Source of the DNA: Pseudomonadota bacterium
GTDB lineage: Bacteria > Bdellovibrionota_B > Oligoflexia > Oligoflexales > CAIYRB01
DNA: 27,255 nt
NCBI GenBank assembly: GCA_031416315.1
Contig: JANOTL010000142.1
Span: 1-27,255 of the forward strand
Direction of reading: 5' to 3'
Each line of letters begins with the position of its first letter. Position 1 is the stretch's first letter. The notes below the pieces were generated by a model. The model had not been told where the DNA came from and made no database searches. It worked only from the letters and a program-made list of their open reading frames with translations. A program made the translations under genes and the position numbers. This document shows positions 9,610 to 20,410 of the stretch, piece by piece.

Positions 9610-10125
9610 ATGAACCTGAAGGAAGCGTTTGCAGCGGCTTACGACCGGTCCTGGGCGGAAGAGGCACTGCGCCGCGCAACCCGCGACGGCAAGCCCGCCC
9701 CGGGGGCTACGTGGCTCGGGACGGGAAGTCATTTCCAGGCCTTCCGGGTCCCGCTCGCCCTGCCCGGTCCGAGCACGGCTGCGCACTCTTTAGACAGTCT
9801 GGTGCTCAAGCTCGCCACCCCCTCGTTCGCGCAGCCACGGACCCCGGATCGTCGCCACTGGCTAGAAGCCATGCGCCGCGTCAGTCGGTCGACAGTCCGC
9901 CTCCCCATGGTGCCGCCGTGGGACCTGGTCGAGCCGCAGGATGGGCCTCTGGGGATGGTCATGCCCTATGGACCCGACCCAGGGCGGCCGACCGAGGCCC
10001 AGACCGCGGAGCTCAGGTCCGGACTGGAGAAGCTCGGGCTCGAGCTCGCGGACGTCCTTCAAACGCGATCCCTCGGGGGCAGCACTTTCGTCGTCGACTG
10101 GTCCGACCTGCGCGCCCTGCGCTGA
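9610..10125 (+). CDS. Hypothetical protein with minimal protein-kinase-like motif order (171 aa)
   Basis: LGTGSHFQAF, LVLK, MVMPY, LADV and VVDWSD occur in canonical kinase order. Confidence 0.6.
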   Translation: MNLKEAFAAAYDRSWAEEALRRATRDGKPAPGATWLGTGSHFQAFRVPLALPGPSTAAHSLDSLVLKLATPSFAQPRTPDRRHWLEAMRRVSRSTVRLPMVPPWDLVEPQDGPLGMVMPYGPDPGRPTEAQTAELRSGLEKLGLELADVLQTRSLGGSTFVVDWSDLRALR

Positions 10126-10563
10126 CTACTTGCCCTTGAGATCGATCAGATCCTGAAAGCCTCGGAACATCCCCGGAAGGTTCGCCTTGGTGATCTGATC
10201 GACGATCGCCGAAGGCACGAGCCCTTTGAAGTTGATGTCGAGCTTATAGGTCGCCTTCGTCTTCTCGCCGCCGAGATCCTTGAAGGTCCAGGAGCCGGTA
10301 CTTTGCTTCATGATGTTGGACTCGTCGAGGTCCCACCAAATCCGGTTTGGTTTCTCCTCAAACATGTTCAGCGTGTAGTAGAACGATTTGATGATCTTCA
10401 GCTCGTAGCGCACGCGCCCGATCGACTTCGGCTTGGTCGGCGGCAGGACGGAGATCCCGGTCACGCCGGCCAGGTGGTCGGGGTACTTCTCGAAACGGCG
10501 GATGCCCGCGAAGACATCGTCGATCGAGCCATTGAACGTGTGCTCGGTGGTCAGCTCGGCCAC
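10126..10563 (-). CDS. SRPBCC/START family protein (polyketide cyclase/Coq10-RatA-like)
   Basis: VF..IRRFEKYPDHL, FYYTL, GSWTFKDLGGEKTKATY. GTG start with GAGGGG upstream. Confidence 0.85.
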   Translation of the reverse strand: MAELTTEHTFNGSIDDVFAGIRRFEKYPDHLAGVTGISVLPPTKPKSIGRVRYELKIIKSFYYTLNMFEEKPNRIWWDLDESNIMKQSTGSWTFKDLGGEKTKATYKLDINFKGLVPSAIVDQITKANLPGMFRGFQDLIDLKGK

Positions 10564-10589
10564 GGCTTCTTCCCCTCTGCGCCAGGTCT

Positions 10590-10619
10590 TTGACGGCTTC
10601 TCTTACGGACGGTTATCTT
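10590..10619 (+). promoter_or_regulatory. Possible sigma70 promoter for the khpA operon
   Basis: TTGACG-N18-TATCTT in an AT-richer divergent intergenic region. Confidence 0.35.
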
Positions 10620-10706
10620 ATAAACTTAGGACTGGGAAGTACAGGGACACCCGCTGGCCTCCCGGGAACTGAGTTGAAGTAGCTCCAACTGCGGACGGAC
10701 TTGATC

Positions 10707-10976
10707 ATGGCTGATTCCACTTCCCCTTCCGATCTCGTCTCGATGAAGGACTTAGTCGAGTTCATCGCGAAGGCGCTCGTCGACGAAGTCGACCGCATCG
10801 AGATCAGCGAGATCTCGGGCAATCAAACGAACATCATCGAGCTGAAGGTCGCGAAAGAAGACATCGGCAAAGTGATCGGCCGCCAGGGACGCACCGCGGA
10901 CGCGATCCGGACGATCCTGAACTGTGCCGCCGCTAAGCTGTCGAAGCGCTACATTCTCCAGATCATCGACGAATAG
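10707..10976 (+). CDS. khpA: KH-domain RNA-binding protein KhpA (alternative start 10743)
   Basis: MKDLVEFIAKALVD...ELKVAKEDIGKVIGRQGRTADAIRTIL. Confidence 0.93.
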   Translation: MADSTSPSDLVSMKDLVEFIAKALVDEVDRIEISEISGNQTNIIELKVAKEDIGKVIGRQGRTADAIRTILNCAAAKLSKRYILQIIDE

Positions 10977-10979
10977 CTA

Positions 10980-11987
10980 ATGGACGCCGCCGGCGCCGTA
11001 CTCGTCTGCGCCGTCGAGGGGACGGGCCTCACCGATGCCGAGCGCGAGTTTCTGCGCGACGCGGCCGTCTCCGGGGTCACCCTCTTCGGCCGCAACGTTC
11101 CCAAAGATCCGGGCACCTGGCGCGACCTCGCGCTCTTGACCCGCGATCTGCAGCGCCTGCGTCCGTCCTGGGCGCCGCCGCTCGTGATCGCCATCGACCA
11201 GGAAGGCGGGCGCGTCGCGCGCATCCGGGCTTCAGACTTTCCTGAAGCGGGGCCGGCCTTGAAGCTCGCCGGCGGCCGCGACGATGCCGAGTCGCTGCAG
11301 AAGATCGCGACGTACGGCAGCACTATGGGCGAGGCTCTCCGCAAGCTCGGCGTGAACGTGAACTTCGCGCCGGTCGCCGACCTCGACACCGAGCCGACCA
11401 ACACGGCGATCGGCGACCGTTGCTTCGCTTCGGCGGTCGAGCCGGCCGTGAAACGCGCCGGCGCCTTCCTCGGCGGCATGCAGGCCGCGGGCGTCCTGGG
11501 CTGCCTCAAGCATTTCCCGGGGCAAGGCGACGCCAAAGTCGACACGCACGCGGCCAGGGCCGTCATCGACCTTCCCGAGGCCACTTTGCGAGCGCGAGAG
11601 CTTCTGCCTTTCCGCGCTCTCCTCCCGCACGTGCCTATGGTGATGATCTCGCACTGCATCTACCCGGCTCTCGCGTCGGAGCCGGCGAGCCTCAGCGCCA
11701 AGATCATGAGAGATCTGCTGCGTCGCGAGCTCGGCTTCGGCGGCGTCGTCGTCTCCGACGACATGAACATGGGGGCGATCGCGCAGGACCTCGGAGCTTG
11801 GGGCGAGGCAATCGTGGAAGCCGTCGCGCAAGGCGCCGACATGGTTCTCGTCTGCCGCCATCTGGAGAAATGCCGCCACGCCTATGACTCTTTGAGCACG
11901 GCCGCGGCGAAAAGCGCGAGCTTCGCGCGCCGCCTCGACGAAGCCGCGGCGCGCGTCCTCGCATTGCGTACGAGGCTCAGGGCATGA
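10980..11987 (+). CDS. nagZ: Beta-N-acetylhexosaminidase (GH3)
   Basis: LFGRN, IDQEGGRVAR, NFAPVAD, KHFPGQGDAKVDTH, SDDMNM. Confidence 0.92.
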   Translation: MDAAGAVLVCAVEGTGLTDAEREFLRDAAVSGVTLFGRNVPKDPGTWRDLALLTRDLQRLRPSWAPPLVIAIDQEGGRVARIRASDFPEAGPALKLAGGRDDAESLQKIATYGSTMGEALRKLGVNVNFAPVADLDTEPTNTAIGDRCFASAVEPAVKRAGAFLGGMQAAGVLGCLKHFPGQGDAKVDTHAARAVIDLPEATLRARELLPFRALLPHVPMVMISHCIYPALASEPASLSAKIMRDLLRRELGFGGVVVSDDMNMGAIAQDLGAWGEAIVEAVAQGADMVLVCRHLEKCRHAYDSLSTAAAKSASFARRLDEAAARVLALRTRLRA

Positions 11988-12814
11988 CGAATTTCGGCGG
12001 CACGGAGCGCTACATCGCCTCGGCCGAGTTGCGCAGCGCGGTCGACGTGGCCGTCGCTCTCAAGCGGCCGCTCCTGATCCGCGGCGAGCCCGGTACGGGC
12101 AAAACGCTCCTGGCACATGCCATCGCCGACGGCTTGAAGCTACCGCTCCTGACCTGGCACGTGAAGAGCACGTCGAAAGCCCAGGAAGGCTTGTACGTAT
12201 ACGATACAGTGCAGCGCCTCAACGACAGTCGCTTCGGTACCGGCGACGTCAAGGACGTGAAGCGCTACATCAAGCTCGGCGGCCTCGGCAGGGCCTTCGA
12301 GAAGGGCTCGCGCGGCGAGCGCTCCGTGCTCTTGATCGACGAGATCGACAAGGCCGACCCCGAGTTCCCGAACGATCTCCTGCACGAGCTCGACGCGATG
12401 AGCTTCGACGTCCACGAGACGGGCGAGCGCATCACCGCGAAAGAGCGGCCGATCGTCGTCATCACGTCGAATGCGGACAAAGAGCTGCCGGACGCCTTCC
12501 TGCGGCGCTGCGTCTTCCACTACATCAGCTTCCCCGACGAAGCGCAGATGCGCGACATCGTGAAAGTGCATCATCCGGACATCGACCAGAAGCTCATCGC
12601 GCACTGCCTGACCAAGTTCTACTGGCTGCGCGACCAGCCGGAGATCCGAAAGCGCCCGTCGACGAGCGAGCTGGTGGACTGGATCGCGGCACTCGTGCAC
12701 GGCGGCATCGGCAAGGAGCGGCTGGAGAAGGAGATGCCCTTCCTCGGCGTGCTCCTGAAGCGCGAGGGCGACCTCGAGGCCATCCGCAAGCAGACGACGG
12801 CCAAGCGCTGGTGA
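11984..12814 (+). CDS. MoxR-family AAA+ ATPase (CoxD-like)
   Basis: GEPGTGKT Walker A, LLIDEIDKAD Walker B, ITSN, ELPDAFLRRC, KRPSTSEL. Confidence 0.92.
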   Translation: MTNFGGTERYIASAELRSAVDVAVALKRPLLIRGEPGTGKTLLAHAIADGLKLPLLTWHVKSTSKAQEGLYVYDTVQRLNDSRFGTGDVKDVKRYIKLGGLGRAFEKGSRGERSVLLIDEIDKADPEFPNDLLHELDAMSFDVHETGERITAKERPIVVITSNADKELPDAFLRRCVFHYISFPDEAQMRDIVKVHHPDIDQKLIAHCLTKFYWLRDQPEIRKRPSTSELVDWIAALVHGGIGKERLEKEMPFLGVLLKREGDLEAIRKQTTAKRW

Positions 12815-12827
12815 GGGGGCGGAGCCT

Positions 12828-14011
<1,184 letters not shown>

Positions 14012-14015
<4 letters not shown>

Positions 14016-15973
14016 GCCAAGCAGTGACCTATCTTTTGGCGGGCGCGCTCACGGCGGCGGCGCCCACGAGCGAGATCCCCGCGCGCCGGGAGTTCCCCGT
14101 CGACCCGAAGGCGTCGCCCTGCAGCGACTTCTACGCCCATGCCTGCAACCGCGCGCTCGCGGGCTTCAAGCTGCGCGACGATCGCTCCGCGCATACGTTC
14201 GCGTTCAACGACTCCAGCGAGCGCCTCCTGATCGCGAAGCAGAAGTTCTTCGCGGACCTCGTCGCCAGCACGAAGGAGCCCACGCCGCGCACGCGGGAGC
14301 TGCGCGACGTCTACAAGGCCTGCATGAACGTCGACGCGGCCAAGCGCGACGAGAAGGGCTACGTCGAGAAGACCCTGAAAGAGACGGACTCGATCAGCGA
14401 TCCGCGCGCCTTCCGCGCCTTCGTCGAGGGCCGCGTCCTGTCGCGCGACTTCGGCGTCTTCCACTTCGGCGCGGCCGCCAATCAGGACGACCCCGACAAG
14501 TACGACCTCTACGTGCTGCCGCAGCTTCAGACCCTTCCCGAGCGTAGCTATTACGCCAAGGAAGACGTCATCAAGGATTACCAGGAGGTCTTGACGCACT
14601 TCTTCAAGACGCTCGGCAAGGAAAAGCCGGAGCTGCACGCCAAGGCCGTCATCGACTTCGAGAAAGGCTTCGCCGAGACCTACCCGTTACCGGCCGAGTT
14701 CCGCGAGATTTACAACTCGCCCACGGGAATCACGCGTAGCGAGCTGCAGGCAACGTACCCCTATCTGCCGCTGCATAAGTTACTGGCAAAAGTCCCGCAA
14801 GGCGTCCACATCAGAAACCTCGCGCCGAAGAACTTCGCCTGGCTCAACGACGCCTTCGTAAAGCTGCCCCTCGAGACGCTGCGCGACGTCTACACCTGGG
14901 GCGCGCTCGCCGACTATATGGACGACGGCTACCCCGAGTTCTTCGACAAGTGGTTCGCCTTCTCCAACAAGCACCTGGGCGGCCCGGAAAAGCGCCCGCC
15001 GCGCGAAGAGCGCTGCACGCGCTACGTCATGAACCATTTCGCCAAGGAGATCGACGCCGAGCTCGTCGACGTCGTCTTCCCGAACTTCCCGACGGAGAAA
15101 TTCGTCGCCATGACCGAGAAGGTGCGCGCTGCGATCGTCTTCGGCTTGGAGGCGAACACCTGGCTCACGCCCGATGTGAAGAAGCGCGCCGCGGAAAAGA
15201 TGAAGACGGCGACGCTCCAGCTCGTAAAGCCGGCGAACGAGGCGGAGTGGGACTTCCACCCGGCGGCGGACTACGACGCCGAGAAGCCGATCGAGAACCA
15301 GCGCCTTTGGCAGGAGAAGCGCCAGGAGAAGACGATCGCGCGCTTCGCGACGGCACGCAACCGCAAGCAATGGGACATGGGCCCGTTGACGGTGAACGCC
15401 TACTACAGCAGCTCCGACAATAAGTTCGTCATGCCGATCGGCATCCTCCAGTATCCCTTCTACGACCCGAGCGGCCCGGACGAGGCGAACTTCGGCGCCA
15501 TCGGCGCGGTCATCGGCCACGAGCTCGGCCACGGCGTCGACGACAAGGGCTCGCGTTACGACGAGAAGGGCCGCCTCGCGCCGTGGATGGGCGAAAAGGA
15601 CTTGGCCGAGTTCAAAAAGCGCTCGGCGCGCCTCGTCGACCAGTTCGCCAAGGCGGGCCACGACGGCGAGCTCACCTTGGGCGAGAACATCGGCGACCTC
15701 GTCGGCGTCACCTTCGCCTACCGCGCCGCCTTCCCGAAGAACGTCGGCACGGCCGAGGCGAAGAAGGCCTTCTTCCTCCAGTATGCCCGCGCCTGGTGCT
15801 CGGAGATCCGGCCGAAGTATAAGGAGCGCCTCCTCAAGACCGACTCCCATGCCCTCGGATACGCCCGCGTCAACGAGCAGATGAAGCACCAGTTCGGCTT
15901 CGCCGAGGCGTTCGGCTGCAAGGTCGGAGATCAGCTGTACTTGCCGGAGGCCGAGCGCGTGTCGATCTGGTGA
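14012..15973 (+). CDS. M13 (neprilysin/PepO-like) metallopeptidase, probably exported
   Basis: PCSDFYAHAC, VNAYY, GHELGH, GENIGD, short signal-like N-terminus. ATGA overlap with the vWA gene. Confidence 0.92.
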
Positions 15974-16641
15974 TTGACGTTGCGCACGTAGCGTTCGTGG
16001 ATGGTGTCTAGGCGCTCGAGGACCAGATCGAGCGCGTCGATCTCCTCCTCTTCGAGCAAGGCTTGCCGGATCGTGGGCAGGCCCAGCTCGAAGAGCGCCG
16101 GCACCGCCTCCTCCGCGAACGACAGGTGCCAGGGCTCCGGGTTGAAGCCGCCGCGGAAGACGTCGTACGGGCGGAAGAAGCCAAAGCGCGCCAGCTCTTC
16201 GGAGAGCCAAGCATGGAGCTCGCCAAAGACGCCGCCCGGGGCGTACTCCGCGGGAAGAAGCTGCACATCGCTACGGCTTGCCACGCGCGCCGCGTCGAAG
16301 ACGTCGACGTCGGTGCCCCAGTGGTGCCGGCTCGCACCCGGGACGGCGGACCAGGAAAGGATGACGTCGACGGTTTGCGCGTCGCTGAGGTCGTCACGGT
16401 TCAAGGCCTTGCCGGCCGGGTCGAAGAGCGTCGCCTCGCCGCGGAACTTCTTGTTCCAGATGCGCGACTGCGCGGCGAAGTCGCGGAAGGAGCTCATCGC
16501 CGCGACGTCGAAGCCGCGTTTCGCCGCCTCCGCGCGGAGGGCGAGGTAGGCCTCCGTGGCGCGCGGCGTCATGGCGAAGCGCAGCTCGTCGTTCTGGACG
16601 ACGTGCGTGCGCGCGCGACCGGTGAGCTCGTGCGGATTCAT
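15931..16641 (-). CDS. M15B D-Ala-D-Ala carboxypeptidase (VanY-like)
   Basis: SSFRDFAAQ, PGASRHHWGTDVD, EPWH. ATG at 16641 overlaps the upstream stop (ATGA). Confidence 0.9.
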   Translation of the reverse strand: MNPHELTGRARTHVVQNDELRFAMTPRATEAYLALRAEAAKRGFDVAAMSSFRDFAAQSRIWNKKFRGEATLFDPAGKALNRDDLSDAQTVDVILSWSAVPGASRHHWGTDVDVFDAARVASRSDVQLLPAEYAPGGVFGELHAWLSEELARFGFFRPYDVFRGGFNPEPWHLSFAEEAVPALFELGLPTIRQALLEEEEIDALDLVLERLDTIHERYVRNVNHQIDTRSASGKYS

Positions 16642-17942
16642 GCGCCCTGGCCGAGGACGCGGGACACGCGCAAGCGCCGGATGCGGTTCCGCTCCACGCC
16701 GATCACCTCGACGTTGAGCGGCCCGAGGCGCACGGTCTTGCCGACCTCGGGCATCTCGCCCGAAAGGGCCGTGACCCAACCGGCGATCGTATCGAGATCC
16801 TCGTCGCGCTTCTCGGCCAGCTCCTTCTCGTCGAGCTCGAAGAACTCGAGGAACTCGTCGATGTTGGTGGAGCCGTTGACCTCGTAGATCCCGGGCTCGA
16901 GCTCGATCATCTCGGCCTCCTCGACGTCGTACTCGTCTTGGATCTCGCCGACGATCTCCTCCAGCAGGTCTTCCATGGTGACGAGGCCGGCCGTGCCGCC
17001 GTGCTCGTCGATGACGATCGCGATGTGGTTCTTCGTCGCCTTCAGCTCCTTGAAGACGTCCATGATCAACTTCGACTCCGGGATGAAATAGACGTCCCGC
17101 ATGATCGAGCGGATCGAGAATTTCTCGACGTGGCCGACGCGCGCCACGCGCAGGAGGTCCTTCACCAGGAGGATGCCGAGGATGTGGTCGACGTCGTGGT
17201 CCTCGCAGATCGGGATCCGCGACATGCCGCTCTCCACCGCCATCTCGAGCGACTGATCGAGGTCGGCGTCGACGCTGAGATAGCGGATATCGGGGCGCGG
17301 CGTCATGATCTCCCGCACCTTGGTCAGGCCGAACTCGAAGACGCTGACGATCATCTCTTTCTTGGTCTCCTCGAGGACGCCGGCCTTCTCGCCGGCGTTG
17401 ACGAGGTACTCGATCTCGGCCTCGGTGATCGCCGGCGGCGGCTTCTCCGGATGGCCGAGGAGGGCGGAGAACCGCGTCGCGATCGTGTTGAAGAACCAGA
17501 CGATCGGGAAGACGAGGAAGTGCAGGACGAGGACGAAGCGGAGGGACGGGACCGAGAGCGACTCGGCGTGCGCCTTCGCCAAGGATTTCGGCCCGATGTC
17601 GCAGAAGACCAGGACGATCACGGCCGTGACGGCGGTGGCGAAGGCGACGGCGTCGCTGACCGCGAGGCGGCGCATGAGGTCGGTGACGATGGCCACGGCG
17701 AGGATCATCGCCACGCGACGGAGGACGAGCAAGGTCGTCATCACGCGGCTCGGATGATGGAGCCATAGGTTGATGGCGCGGCGGGCGCTCGGCCGGTTCT
17801 CGAGCAGCGCCTGCGCCTTCATCGTGCCGAGCGTGGCGATCGCCGCCTCGGAGCCGGAGAAGACGGCGGAGAGCACGAGGCACATGGTCGCGCCGGCCGC
17901 CTGCGTCAGCTCGCGCGAGCCGAGCTCGAGAGGGTTCATCAT
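16638..17942 (-). CDS. CNNM/DUF21-CBS-CorC_HlyC (hemolysin-family) Mg/Co transport protein
   Basis: FSGSEAA, VREIMTPR, SRIPI, VIDEHGGTAGLVTMEDLLEEIVGEIQDEYD, DTIAGWV. Confidence 0.92.
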   Translation of the reverse strand: MMNPLELGSRELTQAAGATMCLVLSAVFSGSEAAIATLGTMKAQALLENRPSARRAINLWLHHPSRVMTTLLVLRRVAMILAVAIVTDLMRRLAVSDAVAFATAVTAVIVLVFCDIGPKSLAKAHAESLSVPSLRFVLVLHFLVFPIVWFFNTIATRFSALLGHPEKPPPAITEAEIEYLVNAGEKAGVLEETKKEMIVSVFEFGLTKVREIMTPRPDIRYLSVDADLDQSLEMAVESGMSRIPICEDHDVDHILGILLVKDLLRVARVGHVEKFSIRSIMRDVYFIPESKLIMDVFKELKATKNHIAIVIDEHGGTAGLVTMEDLLEEIVGEIQDEYDVEEAEMIELEPGIYEVNGSTNIDEFLEFFELDEKELAEKRDEDLDTIAGWVTALSGEMPEVGKTVRLGPLNVEVIGVERNRIRRLRVSRVLGQGA

Positions 17943-18457
17943 GCGCGCGCCGCCTTCACGCAGCCGCGCCACTTGGTGCCGACGAGGCGCATGAGCTTGC
18001 GCTGCTCCCTGAGCATGCGGCGCTCTTCGGCCGGGGTCATGTGATCATGGCCGCAAAGGTGCAGGATGCCGTGGACGAGGAGGAACGCGACCTCGCGGTC
18101 CAAGCCTTGCCCGATCGCGCGGGCGTTGCGCAGGGCCTCGGGAAGCGAGATGACGACGTCGCCGAGGGCTTGCGGGGGACCACCGGCCGGCGTCTTCCGT
18201 TTCGCGGCCGGCCGAACCTTTAAAGGCTGCGCGAATTCTTCCTGCGGAAACGACAAGACGTCGGTCGCCTTGTCCTTCCCGCGAAACTCCCGGTTCAAGG
18301 TCCGAATGGCGCGCGAGGCCACGAAGGTCACGTTCAGCTCGCGATCACCGACGCCGAGCCGCGCGAGCGTCAGGGCCGCGACTTTCGCGACTTTCGCGAC
18401 GTCGACAAGGTGGCGACGCGAACGGCTTTGAACCTGAATGGGGTACGGGTCGTCCAA
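17939..18457 (-). CDS. ybeY: rRNA maturation endoribonuclease YbeY
   Basis: LNREFRGKDKATDVLSF, LGDVVIS, HGILHLCGHDH. Confidence 0.95.
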   Translation of the reverse strand: MDDPYPIQVQSRSRRHLVDVAKVAKVAALTLARLGVGDRELNVTFVASRAIRTLNREFRGKDKATDVLSFPQEEFAQPLKVRPAAKRKTPAGGPPQALGDVVISLPEALRNARAIGQGLDREVAFLLVHGILHLCGHDHMTPAEERRMLREQRKLMRLVGTKWRGCVKAARA

Positions 18458-18463
18458 TTCGAC

Positions 18464-18688
18464 TCAGTCCCTTTTTTTCTTCTTCGCCGCGGTGATGCTG
18501 ATCACCTTCGGCGCTTCCGGCTCGGCCGGCGTCTGCGCGCTCGGGGCCGAGGCCAAGGCGGCGAGGGACGACACCGAAGGCGGCTCGGTCGGCTTTTTCG
18601 AAGACGTCTCGAACTTGAACAGAGCCTCAGCGTGACGCTTGAACTCTTCGAGTCCGATCGGGGCTGGTGGTGTGTCTTTGCGATCCAT
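18464..18688 (-). CDS. Small hypothetical, largely disordered protein (74 aa)
   Basis: Fills the trmB-ybeY gap, ATG at 18688, ends KVISITAAKKKKRD. Confidence 0.65.
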   Translation of the reverse strand: MDRKDTPPAPIGLEEFKRHAEALFKFETSSKKPTEPPSVSSLAALASAPSAQTPAEPEAPKVISITAAKKKKRD

Positions 18689-18693
18689 CGAAC

Positions 18694-19413
18694 TCAATTA
18701 TAACACACGCGCCAGCGCGCGCCGTGCGTCGGCACATTCTGCATCGCGAAGCGCTGCTCGAAGGTCGACGTGTAATCACGGCCGAAAGGCGCGAGCTCGT
18801 CCGGCGGCAGGCGGACGAGGCCGGCGAGGTCGATGTTGAGGGCGGCGGCCTTGAAGTAAGGCTCTTGATCCGTCTTCAGCCACAAAACCCCTTGATCCTT
18901 CAGGCGTCCCGCGAGCTTCGCGGCGAACGCCTCGGTGAGCAGGCGATTTTTTGCCTGCTTCTTCTTGCGCACCCAGGGATCGGGAAAAAAGATGACGCAG
19001 AGGTCGAGCTCGCGGTCGGCGAACAGCATGTCCAGCGGCGCCGCGTTCGCCAGCACGGTGTAGACGTTCTTCAGTCCCGCTTGCACGGCGCGCTCGGCGG
19101 CCGTGACGACGCGCTTGAAGGTGATGTCGATGCCGATGAACGCCGTGTCGGGATGCTCGGCCGCCATCGCGCGCAGCGTGACGCCCGTGTGGCAACCGAT
19201 CTCGACGACGAGCTTCTCGAACGGCGTCTCGCGGTCGTAGAACTTCGCCACGCGCTCGCGCCAGGTCCCGCGCACGTTCTTCAGCTCGGGGCCGTGCGCG
19301 ACGGGGAGTGATCCGCTTTTCTGCGCTTCGGCGAGCTGGGCGACGAAGGGATTCACGCGCGCGTCGAGGCGCAGCGTACGGTCGGTGAACGGATCGCGGT
19401 CGCGGACGGGCAT
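18694..19413 (-). CDS. trmB: tRNA (guanine-N7)-methyltransferase
   Basis: VEIGCHTG, FIGID, FFPDPWVRKK...NRL, LKTDQEPYF, STFEQRF. Confidence 0.92.
   Translation of the reverse strand: MPVRDRDPFTDRTLRLDARVNPFVAQLAEAQKSGSLPVAHGPELKNVRGTWRERVAKFYDRETPFEKLVVEIGCHTGVTLRAMAAEHPDTAFIGIDITFKRVVTAAERAVQAGLKNVYTVLANAAPLDMLFADRELDLCVIFFPDPWVRKKKQAKNRLLTEAFAAKLAGRLKDQGVLWLKTDQEPYFKAAALNIDLAGLVRLPPDELAPFGRDYTSTFEQRFAMQNVPTHGARWRVCYN
18697..18705 (-). promoter_or_regulatory. Extended -10 element
   Basis: TGTTATAAT in the last trmB codons, 8 nt before the ATG at 18688. Confidence 0.45.
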
Positions 19414-19471
19414 GTTTCTGGGGCTCTTGCGCTGATGAAGGGGTAACAAAGACGGTCGGCAATCGCCGAAA

Positions 19472-19889
<418 letters not shown>

Positions 19890-19926
19890 CAGACTGGCGA
19901 TTGACCGACCGTCTCGGTTGGCGCGG

Positions 19927-19955
19927 AATCTACGTTTCGCGTCGCCCCGTGTCAA
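19927..19955 (-). promoter_or_regulatory. Sigma70 promoter of rnpB
   Basis: TTGACA-N17-TAGATT followed by a GC-rich discriminator. The -35 contains the RNHCP gene stop codon. Confidence 0.75.
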
Positions 19956-20290
19956 CGTGGCGGTAAGGCTCGGATTTTAAGGATTAAATCATAGTCGTCC
20001 GGGACCTCTTCGCCGTCCCGGGCGCTGACGTTGCGCAGCTCGGCCTGGCAAAGGCGGCAGCGGAAGGTGAGAACCAAGCCTTTTTTCCCGTCGAGCTCGT
20101 AGCCGACGGCGTCCATCAGGCCGCCGCAGGCGTTGGCGCGGTCCCCAGGATTCACGTCGACGTGCTTCGAGACGAGGCAGTACGGGCAGTGATTCCGGCA
20201 GCCGGTCGCGCGCGGGGGCACCGGGCGGCCGCAATGTTCGCAGCCGAAGGCATCGTTGTTGTGGGTGAAACGGCCTTGGGAGTTCGCCAT
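19952..20290 (-). CDS. RNHCP-domain protein
   Basis: FGCEHCG...CRNHCPYCLVSKHVDVNPGDRANACGGLM...RCRLC. Confidence 0.9.
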   Translation of the reverse strand: MANSQGRFTHNNDAFGCEHCGRPVPPRATGCRNHCPYCLVSKHVDVNPGDRANACGGLMDAVGYELDGKKGLVLTFRCRLCQAELRNVSARDGEEVPDDYDLILKIRALPPR

Positions 20291-20362
20291 GATCCTGGGG
20301 CTTTTCGCAGTCGATCTCGGAGAGCGTAGCACGCACGGACAACGGGAAGGTAGGCGTAACCC

Positions 20363-20389
20363 TCAACTCTGGCGGCGCTTTGCCGAAAC
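20363..20389 (+). promoter_or_regulatory. Sigma28 (FliA)-type promoter
   Basis: TCAAC-N14-GCCGAAAC followed by GGAGGAGGAG RBS and TTG start. Confidence 0.6.
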
Positions 20390-20410
20390 CAGGGGAGGAG
20401 GAGCACGCTC

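Noticed and set aside
16642..17883. Apparent 650-aa fusion ORF 15931-17883
   Set aside because: The upstream part is an off-frame read of the CNNM gene. The real M15 gene starts at ATG 16641.
18377..18400. 9-bp tandem repeat in ybeY (VAKVAKVA)
   Set aside because: Short in-frame duplication in a variable region, unlikely to be functional.
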